IMG/VR virus record: IMGVR_UViG_2700988920_000001
Span: 13,838-77,837 of that record
From: a virus
Lineage: Duplodnaviria; Caudoviricetes
Reading direction: 5' to 3' (one strand)
Length of the DNA: 64,000 nt
A model generated the notes under the pieces. That model searched no databases, had not been told where the DNA came from, and saw only the letters and a program-made list of their open reading frames with translations. Every line of letters begins with the position of its first letter. Position 1 is the first letter of the stretch. Shown here piece by piece: positions 35,151 to 45,115 of the stretch. The position numbers and the translations under genes were made by a program.

Positions 35151-38100
35151 TTAAGTTCTTGAAACCATTTTAGACAGCTTGGCGATCTGTCCGTTGCTTG
35201 ACAAATCTTCAGCAACTTTTTGTTTGCCCATTTCAGCGGCTTCTTCCATAGCCCGGCCCAAACGCTCTTCAAAGTCTTCGTTGCCAGTTGCATCAATCAT
35301 ATACTTATTATCGTATGTGATGTAATAGACGTTTCCGCCACTGTTGCCAGATACTAAGTTGTTTGATGCTTGGTTGTTTAGGATATACCCGTTGGTCTCA
35401 GGAGTGAATATCTCTCTTCCTGTTTCACCGACTAAGTAGCTCTTGCCTGCCTGTACGGGACCACCAAATTGACGGGACCCGGAAATGTTTTCGCCAATGC
35501 CAGACGCCACACCAGTCATTAGACCAGCGGCAGCAGACGCGGCACCAGCTAGGAGCATAGTACCAGCAGCAGCAGCCGCTGCTGCACCAAACGAGGCAAT
35601 GTTAATGAACATTGCTGCAGGACCCCAAGCTGCGGCTAAACTTGGACCAAGACCAAGCATTTGAGTGAAAAACGCCAAAGATGATGCTGCACTTGCCTGC
35701 TCAGTAGCAGCAGTAGCCATATTAGATGCCTGTTTGACACCTTCATTCGCTACTTTAGCTGAAGTTACCATAGAGTCCATGGCAATCTCTTCGGTAGTGA
35801 AGATCTTCTTCATAAGATGGTTAGCGGCCATTTCTGCGCCAACTCTAACCATAGTATTTACTACCGTCCCTAGCATCTCTCTTGAGATGTTTTTGGCCGC
35901 TTCAGTCCAGCTTTGCTCCATGAACAGAGCTTCTTCTATGTTATTGGCTACAGCTTCTGACCAGTCATCGCGCCATTTAGCCAGATGCTCATGTTGGCTG
36001 TCCCAATAAGACTGTTCAATCTCCTCCTTAGCCTCGGCAATCATGCGAGCGAACTCGACTTCCTCAAGGCCGTATTTAGCCATGATCTCTTTACGACTTT
36101 CAAGGTACTCAGATAGACGCTCCATGTCGGTAATGTACTGCATAGTACCCTTACCTTCTTCGCCAAGACCCTTACCTTTGCCGAAGTCCTTCATCATTTT
36201 GGCGAAGTCTTTCTCGGCTTCTTTGGCTTTCTTCTTCTCGTCTGTGAGTCGCTTGTTCTCATCAATAAGCTTTTGCAGCTCAGGAAGTTGCGCCTTAATT
36301 GCTTCGGTTTCTTTGATGAAAGCAGCACGCTGTTGTTCGGACAGCATGTTAAACGCTGAAGTAGATTGGAAGTTCTCTCTGCGCGCAATAGCGTTACGGT
36401 ACTGAGCAAGAGTGTTTTCTTCAGACGCCTGTTTGTTGCCTTTTAGTTTCTCGTTAGCTACTTCAAGCTTGGTTGCGAACTCTTTAACCTCTTTGGCGTG
36501 CTTTCCGAAACCCTCGGCTTTCATCATGTCTTCTTGCAGAGACAACACAAGTTTGCTCTGTTCAGCGTTGAGCTTGTCAGTCTGAGCAATTATCTGTTCG
36601 TTAAGCTGAGCTTGTTTACGAAGAAGCTCAGCATACGCTTTAGTGTCAGAAGCTGTGCCAGTGTTAATGTCCTTTATTTTCTGCATCTCTGTGGCGAGTT
36701 TTGCAGTTTCGTTGGCGAACTTCTGATTTAGTTGGAGGCGAGCCGAGTCGACGTTAGCGATCTGCGCCTTTAACGCTTCCTCTTTGGTTATTAGATTTAA
36801 CTTAGCTTGGTACTCGATATTCTCGTTCTTCATGCTGAGAATGGTCTGAGCACGCGTAGACTCAGCAGCAAGAGAGTTATCTTTAAGAATCTCAGTTTCT
36901 AGTCGAGCAAACTCAAGGTTGCGTCGGTTGAACTCTTCTTTGCGTTTAAGTTCGGCTACTTGCTCTTCAGTGAGAGTTACACCGATACCCAATTCATTGT
37001 TTGTTGCTTTAGCCGTTTCAAAGAATTTAGAGAAAGTTTCTTCCGCTTTAGGTGTCCCTGTGCCAGCGTTGCCAGCGTCAGCACCAATATCAGCAGCAAT
37101 CTTAGAGAACGAAGCGCCTCCTGCCATGTCAGCTTCTGTCTTGAACATTGGCAAGAACATCAGGTACATGTCTCGTTCAGCTTTACGGAAGTTCTCGTAC
37201 TGCTCGACTACCCATCCTATATTATCGGCCAGGAACTTAGCAGAGTGAGAGGCGGTGACAATGGCCTGGCTTACGCTGTCAAAGAAGAAGTCTAGATCGT
37301 TGTCGACTAGTTCCATGATTGCGTAGTTTAGTTTTTTAACTGCTGGCTGCGCCTTCTCGAAGGCATCGATCATCTTGGATTGGATTTTAGAGTTGATGAT
37401 CTGCCACTGACCTGATGTTGATGTAGCCATGAAGTCCGCCATCGCCTTGCCAGCGCCGTCAACAGAGGTCTTAAGTCGGTTGGTCTCTCTTACGATGTCC
37501 TTCAAGTTAGCTTGGAAAGCGATCATTGCTGGTGCAGCACGAACGCCAAAGATAGATACGATGTCGGCAGTAGTAGCGCCAGCTTTCTCTAACTCTTGCA
37601 TGATTTCTGTTAGAGAGTACATGTCGCCTTCTGTGTCACGAACGCTAACGCCTAGATCACGTAGTACAGAAGCTACTTTGTCGGTTGGTTCTAACAAGTT
37701 CACATACGCACGACGAAGAGCAGTACCAGCACGAGAACCTTTAATACCTACGTTGTGGAAGGTTTCCAGGGCGGCTACGGTCTCTTCGATGCTTCCGCCA
37801 GCAGCATGCGCAACAGGAGCAACGTAAGACAGAGACTTAGACATCTCTTTGATGGTTGAGTTAGAGTTGGTGATTGCAGCAGCAAGAATGTCGGTAACAC
37901 GAGTAGCGTTCTTCAGAGACTCAGCCGTAGACGCGATAGACATACTAAAGCCAAGCATGACGTTAGTCATGATGTCGGCAGACTCGTAGACGTCAATCAT
38001 ACCGATCTGAGCTAATTGCAATGAAGGTGTCAGTGCGCCAATGGCTTGCTGAGCATTCAGACCAGCCATACCAAGAGCGACCATACCTTCAGCCGCCTGT

Positions 38101-39272
38101 ACTGCGGTGAATACGGTTACCTTAGAAGCGTGCAGAGCAGCATCAGCCATCTGATTTTGAGTGTTGATGATGGATTCGGCAGTAGATACATACAGGTTAC
38201 CGTTCTTCTCGTAAGCCTCGCCCATTTGTCCGGTTACAGCGTAAATACGGTACATAGACTTCTCAAACTCAGCACCTACTAGAACAGTTTGTTGCATAGA
38301 AGATACAAACGCGTAAGTGGCTGTAGCTGCTATGATGGTGCCACTGGTGTAGATGCCGAACGACAGACTGAGCGCAGACATACCAGCACGGAACATAGCA
38401 GTTGCGTTGTTAGCTCGTCCCATTGCACGAGTGTTACCGTCTAGCTCGGCAGTGCCTTTCTTCTTCTGGTTGATCAGTGCGGTGTAACTGTTGGTGTTCT
38501 TGGCGTAAACAGCACGAGACTGAGACAGCGCTTTATTGTAACGAGAAATTTGAGCTTCTTGCTTGGTGTAGTAGTCTGTCCAAGCTTTGCTACGTTTTCG
38601 AGCTTCTTCAATTTCAAACTTGGTTTCTTGCTCAGCGATCTTTTTCATCTGAGCTGCCATCATTTGACGCTTAGATTGCGCTGAAGCAGTCCAGGTATCT
38701 TGAGATTGTTTTAGGAAGTTGGTGTAGCGAGCAATCTGAGTCTCTTGTTTCTTATAGTAGTCGGTCCAGTCGCGCTGACGCTTGTCTATCGCAGACTTCT
38801 CTTCTGCCACAAGTTGAGCGTTGACAGTTTTTGCTTGAGCGAATCGAGCTTTATTTGCTGCTTCCTGAGCCGCTGCAAGCTCCATGGCTTCTTTCTTGAG
38901 CTGCTGGTTAGCCCTCACCATGTCTTGCGTTGCAGATCCGTACGTGCCTCGCCACGCGTTAACTTTGTGAGAGTTGTTCTCAATGCTTCTGTCAAGTTGA
39001 TCGAAGAAGCGTTTAACACTGGTCTCGCTTTGACGAGAGTCTTTCTCTACTTGCTTGGTGGCTTTCTCTGATACAGAAGCGACTTGCTGCATAGACTTAG
39101 ATATGCTGGTCTGAGCTTCAGCAACTTTTCTAAGTTCTTCGATGGCTTTTGATGATGGGATTAGACTTTTAGAAGCTTCGCTGGCAGCCGCCGTCATCTT
39201 CTCTAGTCTTGATATGAGGGATTCTACTTTCTGTTCAGCAGAAGCAGAGTTGAAATCTAAATTAAAGCTCAC
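35151..39272 (-). CDS. Tape measure protein
   Basis: 1373 aa, helical Ala-rich; TP901-type core (GIKGSRAGTALR); GGPV...YLVGETGRE.F.P. Confidence 0.95.
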   Translation of the reverse strand: MSFNLDFNSASAEQKVESLISRLEKMTAAASEASKSLIPSSKAIEELRKVAEAQTSISKSMQQVASVSEKATKQVEKDSRQSETSVKRFFDQLDRSIENNSHKVNAWRGTYGSATQDMVRANQQLKKEAMELAAAQEAANKARFAQAKTVNAQLVAEEKSAIDKRQRDWTDYYKKQETQIARYTNFLKQSQDTWTASAQSKRQMMAAQMKKIAEQETKFEIEEARKRSKAWTDYYTKQEAQISRYNKALSQSRAVYAKNTNSYTALINQKKKGTAELDGNTRAMGRANNATAMFRAGMSALSLSFGIYTSGTIIAATATYAFVSSMQQTVLVGAEFEKSMYRIYAVTGQMGEAYEKNGNLYVSTAESIINTQNQMADAALHASKVTVFTAVQAAEGMVALGMAGLNAQQAIGALTPSLQLAQIGMIDVYESADIMTNVMLGFSMSIASTAESLKNATRVTDILAAAITNSNSTIKEMSKSLSYVAPVAHAAGGSIEETVAALETFHNVGIKGSRAGTALRRAYVNLLEPTDKVASVLRDLGVSVRDTEGDMYSLTEIMQELEKAGATTADIVSIFGVRAAPAMIAFQANLKDIVRETNRLKTSVDGAGKAMADFMATSTSGQWQIINSKIQSKMIDAFEKAQPAVKKLNYAIMELVDNDLDFFFDSVSQAIVTASHSAKFLADNIGWVVEQYENFRKAERDMYLMFLPMFKTEADMAGGASFSKIAADIGADAGNAGTGTPKAEETFSKFFETAKATNNELGIGVTLTEEQVAELKRKEEFNRRNLEFARLETEILKDNSLAAESTRAQTILSMKNENIEYQAKLNLITKEEALKAQIANVDSARLQLNQKFANETAKLATEMQKIKDINTGTASDTKAYAELLRKQAQLNEQIIAQTDKLNAEQSKLVLSLQEDMMKAEGFGKHAKEVKEFATKLEVANEKLKGNKQASEENTLAQYRNAIARRENFQSTSAFNMLSEQQRAAFIKETEAIKAQLPELQKLIDENKRLTDEKKKAKEAEKDFAKMMKDFGKGKGLGEEGKGTMQYITDMERLSEYLESRKEIMAKYGLEEVEFARMIAEAKEEIEQSYWDSQHEHLAKWRDDWSEAVANNIEEALFMEQSWTEAAKNISREMLGTVVNTMVRVGAEMAANHLMKKIFTTEEIAMDSMVTSAKVANEGVKQASNMATAATEQASAASSLAFFTQMLGLGPSLAAAWGPAAMFINIASFGAAAAAAAGTMLLAGAASAAAGLMTGVASGIGENISGSRQFGGPVQAGKSYLVGETGREIFTPETNGYILNNQASNNLVSGNSGGNVYYITYDNKYMIDATGNEDFEERLGRAMEEAAEMGKQKVAEDLSSNGQIAKLSKMVSRT

Positions 39273-39333
39273 GGCGTCTGTCCTCTATGTAGTCATAAAG
39301 ACAGTCTACCGTGAGCTTTTAGTTTAGTCACTG

Positions 39334-39702
39334 TTAACCGTGTTTGGCTTTTCTCTTTTCTCGTTCTATGGCACGTTTGCGTTCTGCTGCCATTTCTTTA
39401 AGTACCCAAGCTTCAACGGTTGTCATCACCATACAAAATTCGTAAATCTCGTCAGGATCGTCTGACATGCATATTTCTGCTGCTGATCTTAAGTCTGAGA
39501 GTGGTAGAGGTTGTGACCCGGTTTCGTTGTGTTGTCTTCTGGCATCTAACAAATTCCATCCCCGATAATATGGAAGGATTTTGTCAGTGATAATGGGGCG
39601 GTCCTTTAAAGCTTGTGGTGTCTTGCCTCGTTTGTGCAAGTCTTCCAACATTTTAAGCTTATCAGGGCTTCCCCATTTACGCTGCCATTCGACTATTTTT
39701 TT
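39334..39702 (-). CDS. Tail assembly chaperone, frameshift extension (gpT-like)
   Basis: -1 frame is open from the A7 slippery site into MLEDLHK... Confidence 0.8.
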   Translation of the reverse strand, partial: KKIVEWQRKWGSPDKLKMLEDLHKRGKTPQALKDRPIITDKILPYYRGWNLLDARRQHNETGSQPLPLSDLRSAAEICMSDDPDEIYEFCMVMTTVEAWVLKEMAAERKRAIEREKRKAKHG

Positions 39703-40142
39703 AGTTCTTCACCGATCTTCTGTGTTGCCGAGATGCGCCAGTGTTCGCGCTCATCAGACTTACCTTTAACGAATTCGTAGATCTCGTCTACAGCCAAGTA
39801 ACCTTCGGCAGCCTCAACTGAGTAAGGGACTTCGTTACCTTCTTCATCTACTACTTCTTCCCAACCTACTAGAAGAAAACGTGCAGCAGCTTCGATGAAA
39901 CCACGTTGACCTAGTTCGTCAGCCGCTTCGCCGCCAGCAGTAAGCGCTTTTTCATTTTCTTTGAAGAAGTTTGCGATGTAGTTGTTGTAGCCTTTAGAGC
40001 CACCGCGGGCAATGATGAGTTTACAGCCGCCCATAAAGTCAAACGGAATACCGTTCTTAGCTTTGTCTTCGTCTACCTTAAGACCAGCAAGGCAGAAACC
40101 AGTCGATTTAATTTTTTGGGCGCTGTTTTTAGTTGTAGTCAT
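39693..40142 (-). CDS. Tail assembly chaperone (gpG-like)
   Basis: AGGAG RBS before ATG 40142; LLVGWE...VPYS; ends CTA AAA AAA TAG. Confidence 0.85.
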   Translation of the reverse strand: MTTTKNSAQKIKSTGFCLAGLKVDEDKAKNGIPFDFMGGCKLIIARGGSKGYNNYIANFFKENEKALTAGGEAADELGQRGFIEAAARFLLVGWEEVVDEEGNEVPYSVEAAEGYLAVDEIYEFVKGKSDEREHWRISATQKIGEELKK

Positions 40143-40225
40143 GATGTAGCTCCTGATTGAATGATTAAATAATTTAAGCATATAGCTCAGTATTTATAAC
40201 CTAAATAAGGAACTTTAACAACCGC

Positions 40226-40705
40226 CTACAAACTGTAGACGGTGACAATCATGTCATCTGTGAAACCTTCGTCTTGGTTTACGCAGAATATCTTGTACAG
40301 ATAGTTTTGAGATGGGTTGTTTTGGTTCTGTAAGTATACCTCCAACATAGACAAGTTGTGTGCAGAGCTTTTCTTCATCTTGTCGGTGATACTCGTGTAA
40401 GTACCTTTAGTAGCCATCACCATAACAGTAAATCTATCTGAAGTAGCAACGTCTTCTGCGGCAATGGCGGCGCGAGACTTAGACTCAGCGATAAGCGTGT
40501 AAGGATCTGATGCTGAGTGCTCATACTGAAGCGTCCAATGCTGAACACCTGACACCACACTTCTGACAAACTTAAGCGCTCCTACATCTGAGCCTAAACC
40601 AGGCAGTTCTATGAAGTCTGCGGTATCCTCTTGAACGTCTAACAGCTTTATTGACGTTTGCTTAGAGGCAGGCAGCTTAGAACAGATTTTACTGCTTCCT
40701 ATCAT
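40226..40705 (-). CDS. Hypothetical protein in tail operon
   Basis: Coupled ORF, 159 aa. Confidence 0.7.
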   Translation of the reverse strand: MIGSSKICSKLPASKQTSIKLLDVQEDTADFIELPGLGSDVGALKFVRSVVSGVQHWTLQYEHSASDPYTLIAESKSRAAIAAEDVATSDRFTVMVMATKGTYTSITDKMKKSSAHNLSMLEVYLQNQNNPSQNYLYKIFCVNQDEGFTDDMIVTVYSL

Positions 40706-40956
40706 CCTTTATACGCCTCCGAGTCGTCGATAAAGAACCCCCCTGAGCTAGGAGTTAGTTTAACCATACATCCGCGAACGAACAATGTGTCTGGGTGTTC
40801 TATCTTTGTTGGGTGTGTTGTGTAATCTACTCCGTTGAAATACGAGACGGTGATAGAAGTGTTTTGGTCTGGGACCACAGCAACTTCAGGTTTAGAAACG
40901 TTTGCACCAAAATTAAGGATCACTTCTTTCTCGTAACGTGGTACTGGTCTTTTCAT
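40702..40956 (-). CDS. Hypothetical protein in tail operon
   Basis: GAGG RBS, 84 aa. Confidence 0.7.
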   Translation of the reverse strand: MKRPVPRYEKEVILNFGANVSKPEVAVVPDQNTSITVSYFNGVDYTTHPTKIEHPDTLFVRGCMVKLTPSSGGFFIDDSEAYKG

Positions 40957-40992
40957 TATTACCTCTTAAGCGCTGTGGATGTGCCTTTAATG

Positions 40993-41049
<57 letters not shown>

Positions 41050-41071
41050 CTAGTTTAGATCGCGCTCTTAC

Positions 41072-42031
41072 TTATGCGTCAGTCTTAGTCCAAGTGATAG
41101 TACGAGAAGGAGACTGAGTGTCAGCGTTGGCACGGAACGCCGCTTCAATCATGATGTCACTATCAACACCACCGATCTGATCGTCGTAAGTAGTCGCTTT
41201 ACAGTTCTTCATCACCGCTTTGTAGTTAGCACCGTCTGGTGCAGTAAGCGTAATGTCGATCTCAAACTTGTCGTTAGCTTTAAAGCCTTCGTAAATCTTA
41301 CGGTTAGCGAAGTAAAGAGTCAGGTTAGCAACACAACTGAAACGACCAGAAGCGTTACCAGCACCGTAGAACTTACCTACCGCAGCTTGGCGGCGTAGGT
41401 TGTTGTTCATCTCAAGCGAACCAGCTTGGACTTCAGTTTCGATAACTGTACCAGTCTTGTCTTTGACGACAATAGTAACTGAGTTAGTGTCGAACTGATT
41501 AGACATATCTGGGTCTGTGTAAGTTGCACCAGTCTTGCCCGTAGTGGCAGGGCCTTCAACTTCAACGCCCATGATGTTAACGCTAGCGCCAACGAATGTG
41601 TTTGCGTCAAACTGAAGCGTCATTGAGTTGAACTGAGCGTCTTTGTACCATTGGTAGTAGTCGCCGTCGCCAGCTTCGAAGAAACGCTCGAACGTGAAGT
41701 AGTGCTTTGTTGCGCCGTTATAGACGTCAGCACCAGTAGCCCAAGTAGTGCCAGAAGTCTGCATAACACCCATCAAGAACGTATCGAACCAAGCGCCGTA
41801 ACAAACTTCAACCGGAATATCGCCGCCTGAAGAGCCTGTCATGATCCGTGCGTTAGAGAACTGTCGGTCTGGACGCAGAACAGCAGAGTCAGCAGACTCT
41901 AATTGCTCGCTTACGCCAATAGACGTAACAGGGATATTCAAGAACCCTGGGGTCGCTGGCACCGTATTATTTTTTGACGGCTGTCGAATAATGGAGATTC
42001 GGGCCGTTGAAGTATCCGATAAAACAGTCAT
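41072..42031 (-). CDS. Major tail tube protein
   Basis: SAVLRPDRQ, GGDIPVE, FTFER, NNNLR; followed by a terminator; synteny. Confidence 0.85.
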   Translation of the reverse strand: MTVLSDTSTARISIIRQPSKNNTVPATPGFLNIPVTSIGVSEQLESADSAVLRPDRQFSNARIMTGSSGGDIPVEVCYGAWFDTFLMGVMQTSGTTWATGADVYNGATKHYFTFERFFEAGDGDYYQWYKDAQFNSMTLQFDANTFVGASVNIMGVEVEGPATTGKTGATYTDPDMSNQFDTNSVTIVVKDKTGTVIETEVQAGSLEMNNNLRRQAAVGKFYGAGNASGRFSCVANLTLYFANRKIYEGFKANDKFEIDITLTAPDGANYKAVMKNCKATTYDDQIGGVDSDIMIEAAFRANADTQSPSRTITWTKTDA

Positions 42032-42051
42032 TGGTTTTCTCCGTCAATGAG

Positions 42052-42492
42052 TTATGGGTTTACAGTATGCTCAAATGATACTTGTAAAACCTTAGTATTC
42101 CAACCGCCTAATTTGTAGTCTGATAGTTTTCTTACATCACGAAGAAGCGTATCGCCTACTCTGGTAGAGTGGAAATTGTCGTAAACAAAATCGGACAACT
42201 TCGCTCCACCAGTATTGGCCTGACCTTTTGGCGCGTACAACGTAAGGATGATACTGCCATAGATTCTAGAAGCGCCTTTGCCTACGACAAGTTTACGCTT
42301 CTGATCGTCCTCAACAGAGAACGAGATGAAAGGGTATTCTTGATCGAAAGCATCTACTAGGTTAGAGACGTTGAAGTCGTCATTAACTAAATCGCCTGTA
42401 TCTTCGACACAGACACGAACATGCTCTTGATTGGCTTTGCTTATAATTGCCTGTTCAATCACACTTTTTATTTTAAGAAACTCACCAGCCAT
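42052..42492 (-). CDS. Tail terminator protein
   Basis: G.IILTLYAPKGQ; synteny. Confidence 0.65.
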   Translation of the reverse strand: MAGEFLKIKSVIEQAIISKANQEHVRVCVEDTGDLVNDDFNVSNLVDAFDQEYPFISFSVEDDQKRKLVVGKGASRIYGSIILTLYAPKGQANTGGAKLSDFVYDNFHSTRVGDTLLRDVRKLSDYKLGGWNTKVLQVSFEHTVNP

Positions 42493-43063
42493 ACAACTCT
42501 CCTGCGCCGAATGTGGTCTTAGCGTGTCGTTTCCAATTTACATTAGGGCCACCGTTAAACCAAGCATTGAACGCGTCTTCTGCTGCCATTTGAGCAGATG
42601 GCCTCCAAATGTGCCCGGCCACAGCTTCATCTAGTTGAGCGTTTATCGCGTAGTAACCTTTGATAGGGTTAACTAACGATACTTGAGTGATGGTTACTGT
42701 TCCCCACAACGCCCTATCTAATTCGTTAGCGTCATCGGTTAAACGCTTCAGTATGGTGCGTATGATGTCTGATGTTTTACCCTCGCGAGTGCGCTGGTCA
42801 CCTTCGTTACCGACTGGTGGTCTACCCTTCTGAAACAGAACAGGCGGCATAGACCCGTTAACCGAAATACGCCAGTTGTAAGCAGCGTTAGAAGAGTCGT
42901 GCATCATTGCGCCGCCTAAGTTCTCAGACTGCATGACAGTAGAGTGAGCGCGAGTGACAGCGGCTTGAAGACAAACTTTAGGCCCTTGTCTTAACCAGTT
43001 AGCCATTTTCTCAAGTTCTTTTCTGTTTTTACTGTCAAAGCTGCGCTGATCGAACTTAGCCAT
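42482..43063 (-). CDS. Neck/tail-completion protein
   Basis: HDSSNAAYNWRIS; LVNPIKGYY; synteny. Confidence 0.6.
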   Translation of the reverse strand: MAKFDQRSFDSKNRKELEKMANWLRQGPKVCLQAAVTRAHSTVMQSENLGGAMMHDSSNAAYNWRISVNGSMPPVLFQKGRPPVGNEGDQRTREGKTSDIIRTILKRLTDDANELDRALWGTVTITQVSLVNPIKGYYAINAQLDEAVAGHIWRPSAQMAAEDAFNAWFNGGPNVNWKRHAKTTFGAGELYGW

Positions 43064-43064
43064 A

Positions 43065-44042
43065 TCACGCCTCCAACGTTGCTGCTATTTGAGGCTTGCT
43101 GATACGGCTTATGGTTGCTTGCAGATCTGGACTACGTTTATTGCTGCGTACGCGGTCAATTCGCCAAGTCTTACCGTTCTTGTCTTCTATGATGAGTCCG
43201 GCACGGAATTTTGAGCTGAATCGATGCTGCGCTTTGATATAGATAACCTTTTGGTTGTCTATACCTGGGTAGCGACCTTCGTTAATGTCTCCGTCATACT
43301 CGCCTTCTGAAGCTGAGAACGGTGACACCTTAGCGTTAGTCATAAAGTCCCAAACACCGGATACAGGATCGTAAGCAGTAACAGGCTCGATTAGCTTGTA
43401 ATCTTCAATATTTTGACCTGTATCAATCAAAGTACCTGAAGCAAACCCTGAGTCGTAGAATACTTGTCTGATGGCGTGCATCTTGCCGTTGTATTCGAAC
43501 TCGCACAGTTCATTTGCTTCGTCCAATAGTGAAGGTGCAGCATAGAAAGCCATCCGACTAGATTGTTCTCTATCACTGTACTTCTCGTTACTTGACGAAA
43601 GGTACTCGACGGCAATGTAAAACTTGCCAATAGACTTAGACACTAGAAGCATGTCATCGACGTTCTGAGGATCGGCAGGAGCCCACTTGATAACGTCTGT
43701 GTGCGCACTTGACTCGTTAGATACCGAGTGGACTACGTTCATTCTCTCGTAAACTTCTACCGCGTCTGTGTCTGTTCTACCTTGGCCTATGATGTACACT
43801 TCTTGCGTCAAGTGGTGACGAATTACCATGCTGGCTGGAAGCGTGTCGGCTGGTTTGGTGAACAGCATTCTACGCTGTAGCGGCTTGTGAAAGTTTGGCA
43901 AGAAGCGGTCTACCACATCAAGCCTAGCGTACAGGGAAGGTGACACTTCAAAGGTGCCGTCAGCTTTAAGTATGCAAAACGGCTCAACTTTGTCTGCGTC
44001 TGCTGATTTAGATAGGCGTGCACCTCTTTGCTCTCTTTCCAC
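43065..44042 (-). CDS. Head-closure-like virion protein
   Basis: Synteny; YDPVSG and C-terminal WRIDRV. Confidence 0.55.
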   Translation of the reverse strand: MEREQRGARLSKSADADKVEPFCILKADGTFEVSPSLYARLDVVDRFLPNFHKPLQRRMLFTKPADTLPASMVIRHHLTQEVYIIGQGRTDTDAVEVYERMNVVHSVSNESSAHTDVIKWAPADPQNVDDMLLVSKSIGKFYIAVEYLSSSNEKYSDREQSSRMAFYAAPSLLDEANELCEFEYNGKMHAIRQVFYDSGFASGTLIDTGQNIEDYKLIEPVTAYDPVSGVWDFMTNAKVSPFSASEGEYDGDINEGRYPGIDNQKVIYIKAQHRFSSKFRAGLIIEDKNGKTWRIDRVRSNKRSPDLQATISRISKPQIAATLEA

Positions 44043-44050
44043 TTTAGCAC

Positions 44051-44530
44051 CTACTGTCTAACGTTATCGAATCCAGGTTTAGAAATACCGAATATGGCCG
44101 TACCTTGCGTGGTTTCTGTTACAGGGGTGAGCGGAGTATCAATACCTAGAGCGGTACTCTTCGCCTTAGCCATCTCATCCTTCCAATCCTCAAGAACTTC
44201 TTCCCAATTTATGTTGAATCGGCTGTCAGCGTTCTCTCCGTCGCCAATTTTCTGGAAAAACGACAAACGGCCTGACAGGGCAAGCTTGTAACAAAGGAAG
44301 TATTTTCCGTAGGCTTTAATAGCAATCTGCTGCATGGTGACTTCTTGTGTACCGGAAGTGTCGTTTAGCAGGTCCATCACTTTAGGGAACCAACCGAAGT
44401 AGTCTAGAAGCAACTCGTCATACAACCCTGAGTTCTTGATGCGTTCGTCTGCGATGTCAGTATTATCGACACCGAGCTGGGTTTTAACCATGCTCGGTGT
44501 GATCACTGACGATAAGTCAGGTAATGCCAT
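44051..44530 (-). CDS. Head-tail adaptor
   Basis: Helical, VKTQLGV; synteny. Confidence 0.6.
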   Translation of the reverse strand: MALPDLSSVITPSMVKTQLGVDNTDIADERIKNSGLYDELLLDYFGWFPKVMDLLNDTSGTQEVTMQQIAIKAYGKYFLCYKLALSGRLSFFQKIGDGENADSRFNINWEEVLEDWKDEMAKAKSTALGIDTPLTPVTETTQGTAIFGISKPGFDNVRQ

Positions 44531-44531
44531 A

Positions 44532-45008
44532 TTAGCCTTCTTTCACTTGTAGAATACCAGCTTCAATTTGGCTGATTGTCCAGGCGTCAACAATGACTTC
44601 TTTGTAATCAGAGGTGATCTTGGTGTGGTCAAACGGGTTAACCATATAACCAGCCTTGTCGCTCGCACGAACTTCTAAGGTCTTAGGCCAAACTTTCTCA
44701 GCAGGACTAAGTTCTTCATCCTTAACGACGTCTTCACCACCTTCGGTAGGTGTAGGTCCTTCGTCTGGATTAGAGTCTTCTTGCTGTTCAGCTTCGCCTT
44801 CATCGACTTGGCTTTTGGCCAAGAATTCTTTGAACTTGGTTTCTAGTGTTGCTTTTTCTACTGATAGTTCCGCCTTCTTCTGAATAAGATCAGCTTCTTC
44901 ATCGCTGTCAGCGTCTACGTCAAGTAGTTGCTGCTCTAAATCGACAAGTTGATCGTTGATCTCTTCGATTGCGTCTTGAAAGCCTTTCTCTGAACGTGGT
45001 GTACCCAT
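44532..45008 (-). CDS. Acidic hypothetical protein downstream of the capsid gene
   Basis: AGGAG RBS before ATG 45008 (the longer ORF crosses a terminator). Confidence 0.7.
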   Translation of the reverse strand: MGTPRSEKGFQDAIEEINDQLVDLEQQLLDVDADSDEEADLIQKKAELSVEKATLETKFKEFLAKSQVDEGEAEQQEDSNPDEGPTPTEGGEDVVKDEELSPAEKVWPKTLEVRASDKAGYMVNPFDHTKITSDYKEVIVDAWTISQIEAGILQVKEG

Positions 45009-45065
45009 GGTATAGCTCCTGTTGGTTAAATAGGTGTTGTCACTATAGAATTGTACTCTACAACG

Positions 45066-45097
45066 AAAAAAGCCGATAGTACATACTATCGGCTTTT
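45066..45097 (-). terminator. Terminator after major capsid gene
   Basis: AAAAGCCGATAGT-n4-ACTATCGGCTTTT. Confidence 0.85.
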
Positions 45098-45115
45098 CCA
45101 ACTTAGGCGAAAGTG

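Noticed and set aside
40191-40198. T4 late-promoter-like TATAAATA (minus strand)
   Set aside because: Not seen upstream of the other late genes, and no gp55-like sigma factor is evident
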